From contig NW_008246106.1 in the NCBI RefSeq assembly GCF_000281045.1, forward strand, positions 381,428 to 418,078: a DNA stretch of 36,651 nucleotides. The letters are read 5' to 3'. Both the position numbers and the translations under genes were made by a program. This document shows, piece by piece, positions 35,602-36,651 of this stretch. The DNA is from Saprolegnia diclina VS20 (taxonomy: Eukaryota). Within the stretch, counting starts at the first letter, position 1, and each line of letters begins with the position of its first letter. The notes below the pieces were generated by a model. It worked only from the letters and a program-made list of their open reading frames with translations. It was not told the origin of the DNA and did no database searches.

Positions 35602-36597
35602 CTCTCTTGTGAAGGCTTGACGCACACGGGAATGAACTCTAGAACATCGGTTGTGCAAACGTTCGAAATGGAAGTCGAAAGATGATATTTCGCATATTTA
35701 TAGTTTTGCATACGAAACATGTGCGATCGAAAACCGCCAGGGCCAGGCTATCATGTTGCACATCTTTGATCCAAGAACCAGCCAAATCAAGTTCTACAGT
35801 GTCAAGCAGCAAGCTACTTCAACACTCAGCATTCAAGACAATAGTTGAAGTTCAAGTTAAAAGCTTGCTAGGTTCACAAGATCACAAAAGTCATTCAGTT
35901 TTACATTTGCCACTAACTAATCATCAACAAGAAAGGCCGCTGTGGCATTTTGAGCGGTCAAACTTGAAGCAACGACCAGCGAGCAACCAACTGATCGTCA
36001 ACAACAAGGCAGAAACAACAAGACCAACATGGAGCCATCCAACGAAAGCGATCTCTAGAACCATCTTGTCCTAAACCAGCGGGCCGATTGCTCCGTGGCT
36101 TCCCATCGATGGAACAAACAAATAGAGTATGGACAATTGAACAGAATGGTCGACACACTCCTCCCCTTCGCGGATACTTGTAGCTAGTCATCTCGATAAT
36201 CGCTTACCAATTGCTTCACTTTACAAAAGCGAGGACGCCCCGCGTCCTGTTGGCTTGAGTCACGTTTCGACATGGCCAAGTGCCCTCGTTCGCATGCTCT
36301 TTGGATGCACTTACGACCGACGCGCTGTGCAGTCCACTCGCGCCACCACCTGGCGTCATCGGTGGACCTCTTGTGATCATCCATGGTCTCGTAGACGGCG
36401 CTATGGTCGGTTGCGGCGTCTGGGTGGCTAGACGCTCGCTAGGCCCTGTGTATGGCATTGCGTTCATGTACTGTAGTATTTACATAAAGTGTCCACACGT
36501 AGAATATACATGGTGGCGATGTCGAGATATACTACACGTTCATCAATGGATACATTTTTGTCATATGCAACACAAACGCCATTCAGTGGGCCGCTGA

Positions 36598-36651
36598 TTA
36601 GGCGCCTTCAACGTCCTCCTTGGCGTCCTTGAGCTGAAGCAGAAGCGAGAC
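36598..36651 (-). CDS. Probable 3' end of a gene extending beyond the window
   Basis: Reads VSLLLQLKDAKEDVEGA* with typical GC3 codons, followed by an AT-richer 3' flank. Confidence 0.55.
   Translation of the reverse strand, partial: VSLLLQLKDAKEDVEGA

Overview
Eukaryotic, GC-rich, gene-dense genomic DNA with many very short GT-AG introns (38-56 nt where traced) and five assembly gaps. Intron size, gene families and Inr-like motifs suggest an oomycete, most plausibly Saprolegniales (inference). The first ~11.4 kb is a fast-evolving signalling locus. It holds two inverted, near-identical ankyrin-repeat TKL kinase genes whose ankyrin arrays are built from 146-bp units (one 99-nt exon encoding one repeat, plus a homogenised 47-nt phase-0 intron) with variation concentrated at binding-surface residues. 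These two genes bracket a predicted myristoylated coiled-coil/pseudokinase/C2 gene and are followed by decayed remnants of both gene types. The rest of the window looks like ordinary gene content: a coiled-coil hypothetical gene, a LEKR1-like gene, three MFSD1-like transporters with an unusual 8-Cys luminal insertion, an RCC1-repeat/EF-hand-like gene, allantoicase, and an ankyrin-rich TRP-like channel with a duplicated C-terminal domain. Exon structures were derived by eye and no database searches were run.
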